Source of the DNA: an uncultured Nitrospiraceae bacterium
GTDB taxonomy: Bacteria > Nitrospirota > Thermodesulfovibrionia > Thermodesulfovibrionales > UBA6898
DNA length: 36,007 nt
Direction of reading: 5' to 3'
NCBI GenBank assembly: GCA_963811165.1
Contig: CAWEQH010000007.1
Coordinates: 1-36,007 of the forward strand
Shown here: piece by piece, positions 1-10,870 of the stretch
Layout: every line of letters starts with the position of its first letter
Numbering within the stretch: position 1 is the stretch's first letter
Position numbers and translations under genes: made by a program
The notes under the pieces: generated by a model
Told to the model about the DNA's origin: nothing
Database searches by the model: none
What the model saw: only the letters and a program-made list of their open reading frames with translations

Positions 1-38
1 ACGCCCACGCGTCCGACAAAAAGTTTTTGCTCAGATGA
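1..38 (+). CDS. 3' end of a probable multiheme c-type cytochrome (window-truncated)
   Basis: The frame starting at nt 3 reads AHASDKKFLLR*, like the (CH)xxHxS...FLL tail after a final heme motif. Its TGA (36-38) overlaps the next ATG (35-37). No CxxCH lies inside the window. Confidence 0.5.
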   Translation, partial: AHASDKKFLLR

Positions 39-2102
39 GGCGGGTACTAAAGACCACTTGCCGGTCCCACGGGAGGGCGCTCTGCCTGCGGAAGAGATAA
101 AACGGTTTGCAAAGATCATAGCGCTTGCCGTCGCCGTCGTGGTGACGCCGTCGGTGTCGTCGGCAGACATGCGTCAATTCATTCCGAGGGTCCTTGAATA
201 TTCCGGCGAACTGGAAGTAATGATGAGATATGAGGACAATGAAAACAGCACGCGTAACAATACCGTATCAAGCAAGGATGCGTTCTTCACCGAACGTCTG
301 AACCGACGCTCGACGGATACGTCTATCACCCGAGACTGCTCCTCTTTCATGTGGGCCTGTCGCCGGGACTGAAGGAGGAAACGTTCAGCGCTACAACTTG
401 GAGAATCGCCGCTGACGGTAGGTGTGGCCACGGATTATGATCTCAAGGCGCAGATACTTGCCGAGCACCCTTACCACCTGGACCTCTACGCATCGCGGAG
501 GACTTTTTTTACAAGGGGGATATTGTCACAAAGCGGACAACCGGTGAGCTATGACAAGGGCGCGATATTCTATTACAAGAAGAGGCCGTTCTTTGCGAGC
601 CTGGGCTACCGTACAACCACGGTGACCACGGGGAATGAAAGCTCCGATTCCACAGACTACTCAGGAAGCCTGAGCCATTTCTCGGGACCGTTTCAAACCG
701 ATGCGGTGTACAGTCATACGGACTCTTCTACGACCCTTGGACAAAAAACAGTCCGGACCGACTACCTTTTCCAGAATCAAGTGAGACCGAAGTGGATAAC
801 GGTCATCTCCAGCGTCGAATCCATTAGTTTGGGGCAGAGCGATCCATTCAGCGGACAGCAGGACAGTAAGAGCCTCTATTGGGCCGAGCGCGCCGAGGCC
901 TCCCTCCCGTGGCACTTTGACGTCGATGCTTCATACGGCTATACGAAAGAGACGCTTTCAGGCCCTGACGTCACGGAGCTTGCCACGTCGACCCGGACGG
1001 ATGATGTGAGCTTTAATCTGACGCACAAGCTCTACGCGAGCCTCATCACACGGTACGGCTTTCGCTCTTTGCGCTCGCATTCTACAACGGGGGACTTGAC
1101 GCTGACCTCCAACACGCTGGGCGCGGACTATACCAAGAAGATCCCCTGGGGGGTCCTGCGGACCGGCGTGATGGTGCGGCAGTACAACTCCGGAAACACC
1201 GGCGCGCCCGGGGTGGTGAACGAGCCGCAGGGTGCGGCCCTCTTCGGTGAATTTACCCTGAGGAGCCAGAATATCGATGTCAATACCGTCGTGGTGAGGG
1301 TCAGTGCGCCTGTAACCGGGTTCCTTGAGCTTCTCCAGAAAGACATTCACTACACCCTTGCCGCGGTAGGCACAAGCGTCCGCGTGCGGATCATCTCGCT
1401 GCCGCCGGATGTCCAGAGCACGGACCCCCTCTTCGTATACAGCTTCTCGGTCTCCTATTCGATCATTTCAGACAACGTGCAGTTCAGGACGAGTGAGTTC
1501 AGCTACAATCTGTCGCTCTCCCTTTTTAACGACCTCTTGAACCCTTATTTCAATTACACCAGCATCACTCAGGATATCACATCAGGCACGATCCCCGGAG
1601 GCGCGAGAGCAGTAAATCCTATACAGGCGGCCTTCGTATAGACAGGCGTCCCTTCACGGTCCTTGGGGAATACGAGATCAATCAATCAAGATTAAATCCG
1701 ACACACGGATGGCGGTCGGAGATTTCGTATAATCAGAATCTTGCGCCCACATTCAACGTCTTCGCCAAGGCATATTATACCAGGACGATCCACGGTCAGA
1801 GCGAGATATCAACGGAGATTGCAGGGTTCGAGGAAACGCTCATGGGCCTCGACCTGCGGTTCCAAAAGAGCTTTCCTTACAGAAACATCTTTACATCAGG
1901 AGGGGCGTTATTTCGCGAAACACGCAGGACCAGGTTAAGACGCTGCTCTACTCTCTGAATGCCCTGCTTACCTGGAAAGTCGGGTTGTTCGAGCTAAGCC
2001 TTGGGGGGAATGTGAGCCAGCAGCTCGGCCGCGCTCCCCACAGGAGATCAGAAGTATTTTACCGAGTACTACTATCTGAACATGAAAAGGAAGCTTTTTT
2101 GA
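35..2102 (+). CDS. Large outer-membrane beta-barrel protein (porin of a porin-cytochrome module), split by frameshifts
   Basis: Signal peptide (IIALAVAVVVTPSVSSA), then a frame-shifted TLDGYVYHPRL segment and ORF 424..1641 with alternating Tyr/Ser/Thr beta-strands. It ends ...EYYYLNMKRKLF* (TGA 2100-2102) with a terminal Phe, the BAM-type signal. Confidence 0.75.
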
Positions 2103-2138
2103 GGCGGGACCCGTGAGACAGTTGGAAGGAGGATTATT

Positions 2139-3199
2139 GTGAACTTTAGGATGTATGCGGTCGTTGTGAGCGTTGTGATATGTCTCGGAGCGTGGTTTGC
2201 CGGCCTGTCGGATACCTGGGCGGCGAGCGGCGATGGCCGGATGCCTGTGGAAAAGACGTTGTCGGCGGAGGCAAAGGCGGGACCTCATACTCAGTATGCC
2301 GAGCAGGCCGGGCAGCCCGGCCAACGGGGCACGGGGGAAGCGGCTGACCCGGTTTTTGCAAGGGTAAACGCAACGGAGATCACGATGAGCGAAGTAATGG
2401 AGATGATGAAGCAGATCGAACAGCAGAAAAACGGCCGGGCCGCTTCGGCAACCTCGGAAGACCTCAGGCAGAAGGCCCTGGACCGTCTGATTTTTCAGGA
2501 ACTGGCGTATGAGAAGGCGAAGGCCATGAAGATCACCGTCAGCGAGGAGGAGATCGACAAAGCGATCGCCAATCTGAAGAGCGAATATGGGCGGAGATGA
2601 GGAATATCGGAAATTCCTGGCGCGCGAAGGCTTCACCGAAGAGAAAATGCGGGTACAGGTCGAAAAGGAGCCTCACGCTCCAGAAGATCGTCACAAAAGA
2701 GGTGGTGGAAAAGGCTGCGGTCACCGAGGAGAGGCTTAGAGAGGCATACGATAAGGAAAAGGACAAGTATGCGACCCCGGAAAAGGTTGTTGTCGTAGAT
2801 GTGGTTTTTTTTCTGAAAATGAACGACGAAGACTCTATAAAAAAGGCCGAGGAGGTCCGCCGGAAGATCGAGGCGGATGCGAAGAAAGACCCCTGGAGCC
2901 TGCCCCCTGACAGCTCATATGTCGTGAGGGAGCTTGAGGTGAACAAAGACAAAAACGAGGACCTCTATAAGGAGGCGAAGAAACTCTCGGAGGGTGGGCT
3001 CTCCGGAGTGTTCAGGGGGTCCGACAGCCTCCACATTCTGAAGCTGGTCCAATACATTCCGGAACGGCAGTTTACTTTCGAAGAATCAAGGGCGTCTCTG
3101 GCTGCAAAGTTGCGAGGTAATGCTCAGAAGAAGAGGTTGCACGAATGGGAGCAGGAGTTGAAAAAAGACGCAGTCGTAAAAATTCTTACGACTGAGTGA
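2139..3199 (+). CDS. SurA/PrsA-like peptidyl-prolyl isomerase chaperone (frameshift near 2597)
   Basis: SurA N-domain motifs ARVNATEIT, ALDRLIFQELAYEKAK and VSEEEIDKAI, then a rotamase-like half (GGLSGVF...LHILKL) ending WEQELKKDAVVKI. Confidence 0.85.
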
Positions 3200-3337
3200 G
3201 GCGGCTGGACGATTGAAAACAACGGTGAACAACCCGGGATGAAAGATAGACGAGATGAAACCTGGGCACTCGGCCCAGCAGACATGATGCCGCGTAAATG
3301 CTGATTTTAGTTGAAATATAAAATAGTGGCCACTAAA

Positions 3338-4381
3338 ATGAAAACAATGCGCATGCAACGCCTCGTGCTGTCGGCAGTTGTCGTCCTCTTCGCACTTCTT
3401 TCCGGCTGCGCCGGCAAGTGGGCGATGAGGACGGAGACTTCGCCGACGCAGTTGTTATGGCCGGACATGCCTGAGCGGCCGAGAGTCAAGTATATTGCGT
3501 CGATACAGGGGTTTGAAGAAAGCGAGCCTTCCTTTGTGAGTTCCGTGCTGTTTGGAAAAAGGAAGGAGGGCACCCTGATACGGCCCGTTGCAGTCGTCGT
3601 CGGATCAGACGGCAGGGTCGCCATTGCGGATACGGGGTGCAAGTGTGTTCATCTATTTATACCTAAGGAACAAAAATATATCAGCATCCATGGCGCGGGA
3701 CCCGTGGATCTGCTCTCACCCGTGGGGGTGGCCTTCGATGACGCCCTGAGGCTTTTTGTTTCGGATTCGGCCCTCGGGCAGGTGCTCCTTTACAGTGGCG
3801 AAGGAGATTTCCTTAAGAGCATGGAAACGGCGGGACCGGCAAAATTAAAGAGGCCCACCGGCCTCGCGTTCGACCAGGAAAGGAAATTGCTGTATGTGGC
3901 CGATACCGCCGGCAGCAAGATTTACGCGGTACGGGCTGACGGCAGCCTCGCATTGTCTATTGGTGGAAGGGGAGTGGGGGACGGACAGTTCAACTTCCCG
4001 ACCCATATCTTTTGGTCCCCGGCGGGCAGACTGTATGTGACGGATTCGATGAATTTCAGGGTCCAGATGTTCGATTCTTCCGGTCGTTTTGTGGGGGCCT
4101 TCGGCCGTCACGGGGATGGCTCAGGCGACTACGCGATGCCCAAGGGCATTGCGGTGGATTCGAAGGGCGTTATATACGTGGTGGACAGTCTTTTCGACAA
4201 TATTCAGCTTTTTGGCGAAAAAGGCGAATTCTTTCTCACCATAGGACATCGCGGAGGAGGGCTCGCGGAGTTTTGGCTGCCCTCAGGAGCGTATATGGAC
4301 GATCACGAGAAGCTCTATATATGCGATACCTTCAACGAGAGGGTGCAGATTTTTGAGATAGTGAGGGACATCCATGAATGA
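3338..4381 (+). CDS. NHL-repeat six-bladed beta-propeller lipoprotein
   Basis: Lipobox LLSGC and repeated NHL units (RPVAV, PVGVAFD, RPTGLAFD, GQFNFPTHI, MPKGIAVD, FWLPSGAY). Intact ORF; the exact start (3311, 3338 or 3347) is uncertain. Confidence 0.9.
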   Translation: MKTMRMQRLVLSAVVVLFALLSGCAGKWAMRTETSPTQLLWPDMPERPRVKYIASIQGFEESEPSFVSSVLFGKRKEGTLIRPVAVVVGSDGRVAIADTGCKCVHLFIPKEQKYISIHGAGPVDLLSPVGVAFDDALRLFVSDSALGQVLLYSGEGDFLKSMETAGPAKLKRPTGLAFDQERKLLYVADTAGSKIYAVRADGSLALSIGGRGVGDGQFNFPTHIFWSPAGRLYVTDSMNFRVQMFDSSGRFVGAFGRHGDGSGDYAMPKGIAVDSKGVIYVVDSLFDNIQLFGEKGEFFLTIGHRGGGLAEFWLPSGAYMDDHEKLYICDTFNERVQIFEIVRDIHE

Positions 4382-4432
4382 TTCCCGGAATGAGGCGGGC
4401 GCAGCATCAGGAATCGTGGAGGCAAGGATCTA

Positions 4433-6266
4433 ATGCCGGAAGACCGCGTTTATTCGCAGAGTAAGCGCTTCATCGCATCTGTCGTGATCATCGCCGCGTG
4501 TTGTCTGCTGTACCCCGCTTTGCCGGCCCGTTCGCAAGGCCAGGCAGGCATCGCAAATACCAAGCATAATCTCTCTGTGACGGGGCCCGGCGAAATCAAG
4601 TCGTTAGTTGAAACGCGCATCTGTGTCTTTTGCCATACCCCCCATAACGCTGCTCCCCTTACGCCTTTGTGGAACAAGGAAATAAAGCCCCAAAACTATG
4701 TTCTCTACGAGAGTACGACGCTCCATGTCGTGCCTCACCAGCCGACTGGTCCGACACGGCTATGCCTCAGTTGTCACGACGGCACGATTGCACTGGGAGC
4801 AGTCCTGAAGCCGGCGGAGGGGATCCAGATGGTGGGCGAAATAACCCCGTCAAGACCGTCTTATATCGGGACATTCCTCGCGGACCATCATCCGGTCTCC
4901 TTCCCTTACTTTGAAGCAACGGTGAATCCCGAGATTTCGCCGGTCCCTCCCCCGGACCTTGTTCTCTACGGGGGCGAGGTGCATTGTTCGACGTGTCATG
5001 ACGCCCACAGGAATGTATATAAGAAGTTTCTCAGGGTCGATAACACATTTTCGGCCCTTTGCACACGGTGCCATAACAAGGACGGCTGGCTTCTCACAAC
5101 CCATAAAACTTCGCCGTCCACGTGGAATGGGGTGCCGCCCGATCCGTGGCCAAGGACCGGGGTCAGCAGCGACTTCGGCTGGTTGACAGTGGCCCAAAAC
5201 GGATGTGAAAGCTGCCATACGCCCCATGGCGCCAAGGGACCCCAGCGGCTGCTGAATTATCTGGAAGAGGAAAACAACTGCTATCCTTGCCACAACGGCA
5301 ATGTTGCTGCGAAGAACATTCAGGCACAGTTTCAGAAATTTTCGAGGCACCCCGTCGAACTCACAACGATAGGGGTCACCGCGAACCACCACGAACCGAA
5401 TGAACGGCCGGCCCTTATCACGGGTCACGTGGAATGCGTGGACTGCCATAATCCTCACGCGACAAACGGCAGGACGGCAACGCCGCCGTTTATCACGGGC
5501 AGGCTTGAAAAAGTTAGCGGCGTTGACATAAACGGCGTGGCCCTTGTGCCCCCGACAGCCTATGCGACGAAGGAATACGAAGTCTGTTTCAAGTGTCACG
5601 CAGACTCGAGCCCCGAATATCCTCTGGTCGCGAGGGTCATAAGCACGGCGAATACGAGATTCGAGTTCGACCTGGCGAACCCTTCGTATCATCCGGTGGT
5701 GGGGACAGGCAAGAATTCCAACGTCCCAAGTCTGATGCCGCCGAGCCAGGACCCGGAAGTTCCTTTAGGCCTTAGCGCCTTCAAGCATTATCTATTGCAC
5801 CGACTGTCACAGCGATAGCGGGGGGACATCGAATGGTCCTCACGGCTCGGATTACGTGCCGATACTGAGAAGACAATACCTGACAGCGGACGGCACCTCA
5901 GAGAGTTTCCAGAGCTACAGCCTCTGCTACCGGTGTCATAATCAGAGCAGTATACTGGGGGATCAAAGTTTTCCGCTTCACAATATACATATAGTAGGTC
6001 AAAAGACGCCATGTTCGGTTTGTCACGATCCTCACGGTATCCGGGACAACGGGCTTTCGGGCAGTCATACACATCTGATAAATTTCGACAGTACGGTTGT
6101 TACCCCTACAACAGGCAATATTGCCCCGCTCTATGCGGACAGGGGAACTTTTTCGGGAAGCTGTACCCTCGTCTGCCACGGCAGGATCCATGATAATGAA
6201 AGTTATTCGCCAGGCGGGTTGTTGCCGCAAAAACTGCGATTGTCTCCAAAGAGACGAATCCGCTAG
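4433..6266 (+). CDS. Secreted ~12-heme c-type cytochrome with an OmcE-like N-terminal tetraheme module (frameshift near 5785)
   Basis: Signal peptide. CVFCH, CLSCH, CSTCH, CTRCH, CESCH, CYPCH, CVDCH and CFKCH lie in ORF 4433..5818. The shifted frame adds IYCTDCH, CYRCH, CSVCH and CTLVCH (CX3CH). Confidence 0.9.
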
Positions 6267-6270
6267 GCAA

Positions 6271-6625
6271 GTCATTCCGGCGAAAGCCGGAATCCAGGGA
6301 GACGACAATGGATAAACAACCTGCGGTATATATTCTGGCAAGCAAGAGAAACGGTACTCTTTACATTGGTGTGACTTCAGGCCTTACCAAAAGGATATGG
6401 GAGCACAAAAACAATGTGGTAGAAGGATTTACTAAGCGCTACGGGGTTCACCAGTTGGTTTGGTATGAATTGCATGAGACCCTGGAATCTGCTATTCAGA
6501 GAGAGAAACAGATTAAAGAATGGAAGCGAAAGTGGAAACTTGAATTGATTGAAGGTGTAAATCCGAATTGGCAAGATCTATATCATATGCTTGCCTGACT
6601 GGATTCCGGCTTTCGCCGGAATGAC
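6271..6625. mobile_element. GIY-YIG nuclease cassette bounded by perfect 27-bp inverted palindromic repeats
   Basis: GTCATTCCGGCGAAAGCCGGAATCCAG at 6271..6297 and its exact reverse complement at 6599..6625 enclose one AT-richer ORF. Confidence 0.7.
6308..6598 (+). CDS. Small stand-alone GIY-YIG nuclease family protein
   Basis: AVYILAS...TLYIGVT...KRIWEHK...FTKRY...AIQREKQIK; 96 aa, intact. Confidence 0.95.
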   Translation: MDKQPAVYILASKRNGTLYIGVTSGLTKRIWEHKNNVVEGFTKRYGVHQLVWYELHETLESAIQREKQIKEWKRKWKLELIEGVNPNWQDLYHMLA

Positions 6626-6661
6626 GAAAAAATGGGGGAACTCCTGTATAATAAATTTCCA

Positions 6662-6690
6662 TTGACAAAAAAAGGAAAAATGTGTAAATT
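6662..6690 (+). promoter_or_regulatory. Putative sigma70 promoter for the PKD cytochrome
   Basis: TTGACA (6662-6667), 17-nt spacer, TAAATT (6685-6690), 65 nt upstream of the ATG. Confidence 0.55.
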
Positions 6691-6754
6691 AAAAGGCGTT
6701 AATGTTGCGATGAGGTTGGGGAATCCTAATATACGAGCTTGAAAGGGGGGTATT

Positions 6755-8443
6755 ATGATCGATCTTCAAAGAAGGGGTGTTTTTTGTTTACTGTGTCTCA
6801 TGATTGTTTTCTTAATTGTTTCCCAGGCGGCTGCTGACACTTGTGAATGTGTGATCTGTCACGGCCCCGATGGGCCTCATAGCGGGGGATTTCCGAGTGG
6901 CTGCAACATTTGCCACGGCAACCCGCCCCTTACCAATCAGTTCGGCGTCGACGGTCTCGTGACCATGCCCTCTCATACCGGTGCTACAGGTCCTGGCGCT
7001 CACGCAAGACACGCCGGTCCATCAGGCTATGGTTTTACTTGTGACAAGTGTCACTTCAACGGCATGCCGGTGACACTCATCGCCGAGAGTCCTGCCCAGC
7101 TGCAGATCGGGTTTAACCATCTTGGCGCAGGCGGGGGCACATTCGACGGATTTGTCCTGCAAAGCCCCTATATATACGCTGCAACTAACGGCACAACGGT
7201 GACGACAAACGGGACGATGACCTGCTCGAACATCTATTGTCACAGCAACGGCACGTCGGTCTCGACCGGCGTGGTCCCCGCCAGCACTTCCCCTTCATGG
7301 GACACTGTCGGGCCGCTGGTCTGTACTACCTGCCACGGCTACCCGCCGCTATACGACCAGGACAGCCCCAAGTCCAACAGTCACATCCATCATACCGCGT
7401 ATTCCTGTAATATGTGCCATTACGCCACAACGAATGACGGCGTGACGATCAGCGATGTCACAAAGCATGTCAACGGCCAGTACGATGTTGTGCCGGGCCC
7501 TGACAACAACCGGGGCCCGGGAGCAAGCTTCACCTACACCTGGGACCGCGGCGGAGGGACCTGCTCGAACATCCAGTGCCATGGCGGTGTGCAGCACTAT
7601 GGGGGGATAAACATCTGGGGCGGGGAGTGGGCCAATTTGTCCATTGCTGCAACTCCCGGGGCTGCCTGCCTTCAGGAGAATTTTGCGCTCTCGACCCTCG
7701 GCGGCACCTTGCGGCTTCCTTACACATATCTCTGGGACTTTGGAGACACCACGACCTCCACGCTGGATGCGCCGATTCATACGTATTTGGCCCCCAATAC
7801 CTATACTGTGAGAGTCGACATAAGGGATGCCGACAACCATCCCAGCAATGCAACGGCACTGGTTACTGTTAATTCCTCAAACACACTGCCGGTGGCCGGC
7901 TTCTCTCTGGCGGCCAACAACATGACCGTGACGCTGACGGACAAGTCTTCTGATCCCGATTACAATCAGTGCGGCCATTCCGGTCCCGGAACGGTCCATA
8001 TCACCTGGGGCGATGGGCAGGTGACGGAGCAGTCCATCAACTTAACGGACATCGTCTCCAACCAGACGTTCGACCACACATATGCGTCCACGGGTACATA
8101 CACTGTCCAGCACTTTGTGAAGGACAATGTGGGGGCCCAGTGGGTGCAGTCCACGAATCAGCAGATAACCGTGCCGCCGGCAGGGAACACCATAAGCATC
8201 TCCGGAACGTTGACCCACTCAAACGGTTCTGCATTTTCATCCCGCTTTATCTATCTGAAATACACCAATGGATCAACGTATAAGACCACTGCCACGAACG
8301 CCCAGGGATTTTACTCTTTCAGCAATGTTCCCACTCAGTGCTATATTGTGCAACCGGCGTCGATTTCCGGCTATACCATTACGCCTACGTCGCAGACGGT
8401 CTGCACGAGTAACAGCAGCGTGAACTTTGTTACCACACCCTGA
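6755..8443 (+). CDS. Secreted 7-heme cytochrome (Geobacter-type CxxxxCH/CxxCH domains) with two PKD-like domains and a C-terminal beta-sandwich
   Basis: Signal peptide (SQAAA|D). Heme motifs CVICH, CNICH, CDKCH, CSNIYCH, CTTCH, CNMCH, CSNIQCH. PKD signatures YLWDFGD...HTY and ITWGDG...HTYASTGTY, then ISGTL...TNAQGFYSFSNV. Intact. Confidence 0.9.
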   Translation: MIDLQRRGVFCLLCLMIVFLIVSQAAADTCECVICHGPDGPHSGGFPSGCNICHGNPPLTNQFGVDGLVTMPSHTGATGPGAHARHAGPSGYGFTCDKCHFNGMPVTLIAESPAQLQIGFNHLGAGGGTFDGFVLQSPYIYAATNGTTVTTNGTMTCSNIYCHSNGTSVSTGVVPASTSPSWDTVGPLVCTTCHGYPPLYDQDSPKSNSHIHHTAYSCNMCHYATTNDGVTISDVTKHVNGQYDVVPGPDNNRGPGASFTYTWDRGGGTCSNIQCHGGVQHYGGINIWGGEWANLSIAATPGAACLQENFALSTLGGTLRLPYTYLWDFGDTTTSTLDAPIHTYLAPNTYTVRVDIRDADNHPSNATALVTVNSSNTLPVAGFSLAANNMTVTLTDKSSDPDYNQCGHSGPGTVHITWGDGQVTEQSINLTDIVSNQTFDHTYASTGTYTVQHFVKDNVGAQWVQSTNQQITVPPAGNTISISGTLTHSNGSAFSSRFIYLKYTNGSTYKTTATNAQGFYSFSNVPTQCYIVQPASISGYTITPTSQTVCTSNSSVNFVTTP

Positions 8444-8463
8444 TAAGGGCTGACGTTTCTTTC

Positions 8464-8490
8464 AAGGGGCCGGACCTCTTCCGGCCCCTT
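8464..8490 (+). terminator. GC-rich hairpin after the cytochrome gene
   Basis: AAGGGGCCGGA-cctct-TCCGGCCCCTT, an 11-bp stem with only a weak U-tract. Confidence 0.55.
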
Positions 8491-8710
8491 CATCCGCCTG
8501 TTTATACGGTATCCGCAGGGAAACAGTTATCTTGAGTTCTCCCTCGTGATGTTTTGATTGCTCACGGCTTGCGCAAAACCTGTGCTCAGGCAATCCTCAT
8601 CAGGCGCGCTATTTCGCTGAGAGGCATTGCCAGAAGATGAGGCATCCTAAGTCTTCAATTGTGATAATAAGTGGCCTGCCGCCGATAATAATGTTTATAA
8701 TAAAACGATA

Positions 8711-10742
8711 ATGGTGGAGGCAGAATATGCAGAAGAACCCGATATAAAATACCTTGTCGCCGGACTGTTATCGGCGATTATTTTCATTTGTTATTACCCT
8801 GCTCTATGGAATGACTTCGTTGACTGGGATGACCCTGACTATGTCCTCTCAAATCCGCATATCCACTCCCTCAGCCTGTCGTTTTTGAAATGGGCCTTCT
8901 CCTCCTTCTATGCCTCGAACTGGCACCCGCTCACCTGGATATCCCATGCCCTGGATTACGCTGTCTGGGGATTGGAATCCCATGGGGCACCACCTGACGA
9001 ACAATATTCTCCATGCGATAAATACTTTTCTGGTGGTGCTGCTTGTGGTGAGGTTGATGGAGACCTGGAAGACCCGGACTTTCCCTCACCTCAATGTAAG
9101 GGGAGGAAGGGAGAAGGGAAAGGGGAAAATAGAGGGATCCCACGATATAGGAGTGCTCATAACAGCAGGGACAACCGGTCTTCTTTTCGGCCTGCACCCC
9201 ATGCATGTAGAGTCGGTGGCGTGGGTTTCCGAAAGGAAGAAGATCTTTTGTGCGCCCTGTTTTATCTGTTAAGCATGATGGCAGTTATGCAGGCGTATGT
9301 TCGTAGTGGCTCCAGCGTGGCCGCCCAAAGAAGGACCACGCACATAAGGTCGCCCCTTCACAGAAAGATTCCGGTGCAGAGCCGGGCTGACAAATACGGA
9401 CCCGGATTTCGATAGACACTATCTCCTTTCTCTCTTCTTCTTCATCCTTGCCCTCATGAGCAGAGCCGATGGCGGATGAAGTCTCCCCGTCGTTCTTTCA
9501 TTCTTGACTGGTATCCTTTTGGCAGAATCCACTCTCTGTTAAACGATCATGTCCTCCTTTGCGGAGAAGCTGCCGTTCATTGGACTCCGAGCGTTGCGTC
9601 ATCTGTAGTCGACTATTCTGGCACAGAAGGAGGTCATCGAAAGGTCTACGGAGTTGTTCCCTCTGTCGGCGCGTCTCCCTGTTGCTGCGAAATCACTCGT
9701 TGTCTACCTCTGGAAGATGCTTGTACCAGTAAACTTGGTCCCTTTCTATCCGTATCCGCAGAGTGCGTCGATTTTATTCTCTGCAATATCTGTTTGCGGT
9801 CATTCTCATAGCCGCCCTTGAGTATAGTCTCTAGTGAGCATGGCGAAGAAGCAACGGCTGCCTTTGGCGGTCTTGGGGTACTATCTATCACCTTGATTCC
9901 CGTAATCGGCATCGTTCAGGTGGGCGGCCAGGCCATGGCTGACCGATATACATATCTGCCTTCACTCGGTCCTTTCCTTATGGTCGGGGCCGGGGCAGCA
10001 TGGGTTGCTGGAGGAGTGTCTGGGCTGTGGAACGCGGACTGCCTGGGGAAAGGCGCGGTTGCGCCGCTTAATCACGTTTATCGCTGCTGGCCCTGACATA
10101 TCTGACGACGCAGCAGCTTGCGGATTTGGAAAAGCTCCTTTATCTTTGGCAAGACATTATGTCATTGAAAAAACCGAATGTTCCGATGGCTTATAACGGG
10201 CCTGGGTGTTCAGTTTGATAAAAGGGGACAACTTGATAATGCAATAGAAGATTATAACAGGCGATTGACTCTGAATCCATTCATACAGGTGAAGCCTATG
10301 TCTAATCGGGGCATCGTCGCTGATTAAGAAAGGGGTTTCTAGACTCGGCCTTACACGATTTTGACAGGGCATAGCCTTGGACCCGCGGTGCAGCTATAAG
10401 GCCCAGAACAACAAGGGTGAAGATTTACGGCGAAGTGGGCTTCTTTCGGACCGGCGATAGAACAATTCACCAAGTCCATCGAGATCAGGCCCGGTGCTCG
10501 GTCGGCTTATGCAAACAGGGGACTGGCCTATTTTCTTCATACGGGAGAGTATGGAAGGGCGACTGGAAGATCTTAACAAGGCGATTGAACTGGACAGTCA
10601 GTTATTCAGAGGCCTATGGCACCCAGCGGGAATGTCTACCTGAAGACGGGCAACCGGGAGGTCGCCATTGCGGATTTCCAAAGGGCCTGCGATTTGGGTG
10701 ATAAAGAAGGGATGCGACGTGCTGAGGAAGTATCTGCCTTGA
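8711..10742 (+). CDS. TMTC-like GT-C glycosyltransferase with C-terminal TPRs, copy 1 (heavily frameshifted; possibly a pseudogene)
   Basis: NDFVDWDD, NWHPLTWISHALDY, LHPMHVESVAWVSERK and QVGGQAMADRYTYLP occur in successive frames, followed by TPR fragments. It ends GCDVLRKYLP* at 10742. Confidence 0.75.
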
Positions 10743-10870
10743 CGCGAGCGAAGAACCACTAAAAAACAAAAGAATGTTTTTATAATACAGTCGTTCCGGG
10801 TTTGGTGGGGAAGTTCCGGCCATTTCGGAACCCTTCTGTTACATTAATCTCACAGGTAAAGGATATCACC

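Noticed and set aside
4..15. CCCACGCGTCCG resembles a cDNA cloning adaptor
   Set aside because: It reads in frame as part of AHASDKKFLLR* with a stop/start overlap into the next gene, so coincidence is more likely.
4850..5692. Long antisense ORFs (also 1968..2636, 13204..13821, 15552..16367, 19544..20329)
   Set aside because: They are shadows of well-supported genes on the opposite strand and have no recognisable motifs.
6271..6625. Classical IS element or CRISPR repeat
   Set aside because: There is no DDE/HUH transposase, no target duplication and no direct-repeat/spacer array.
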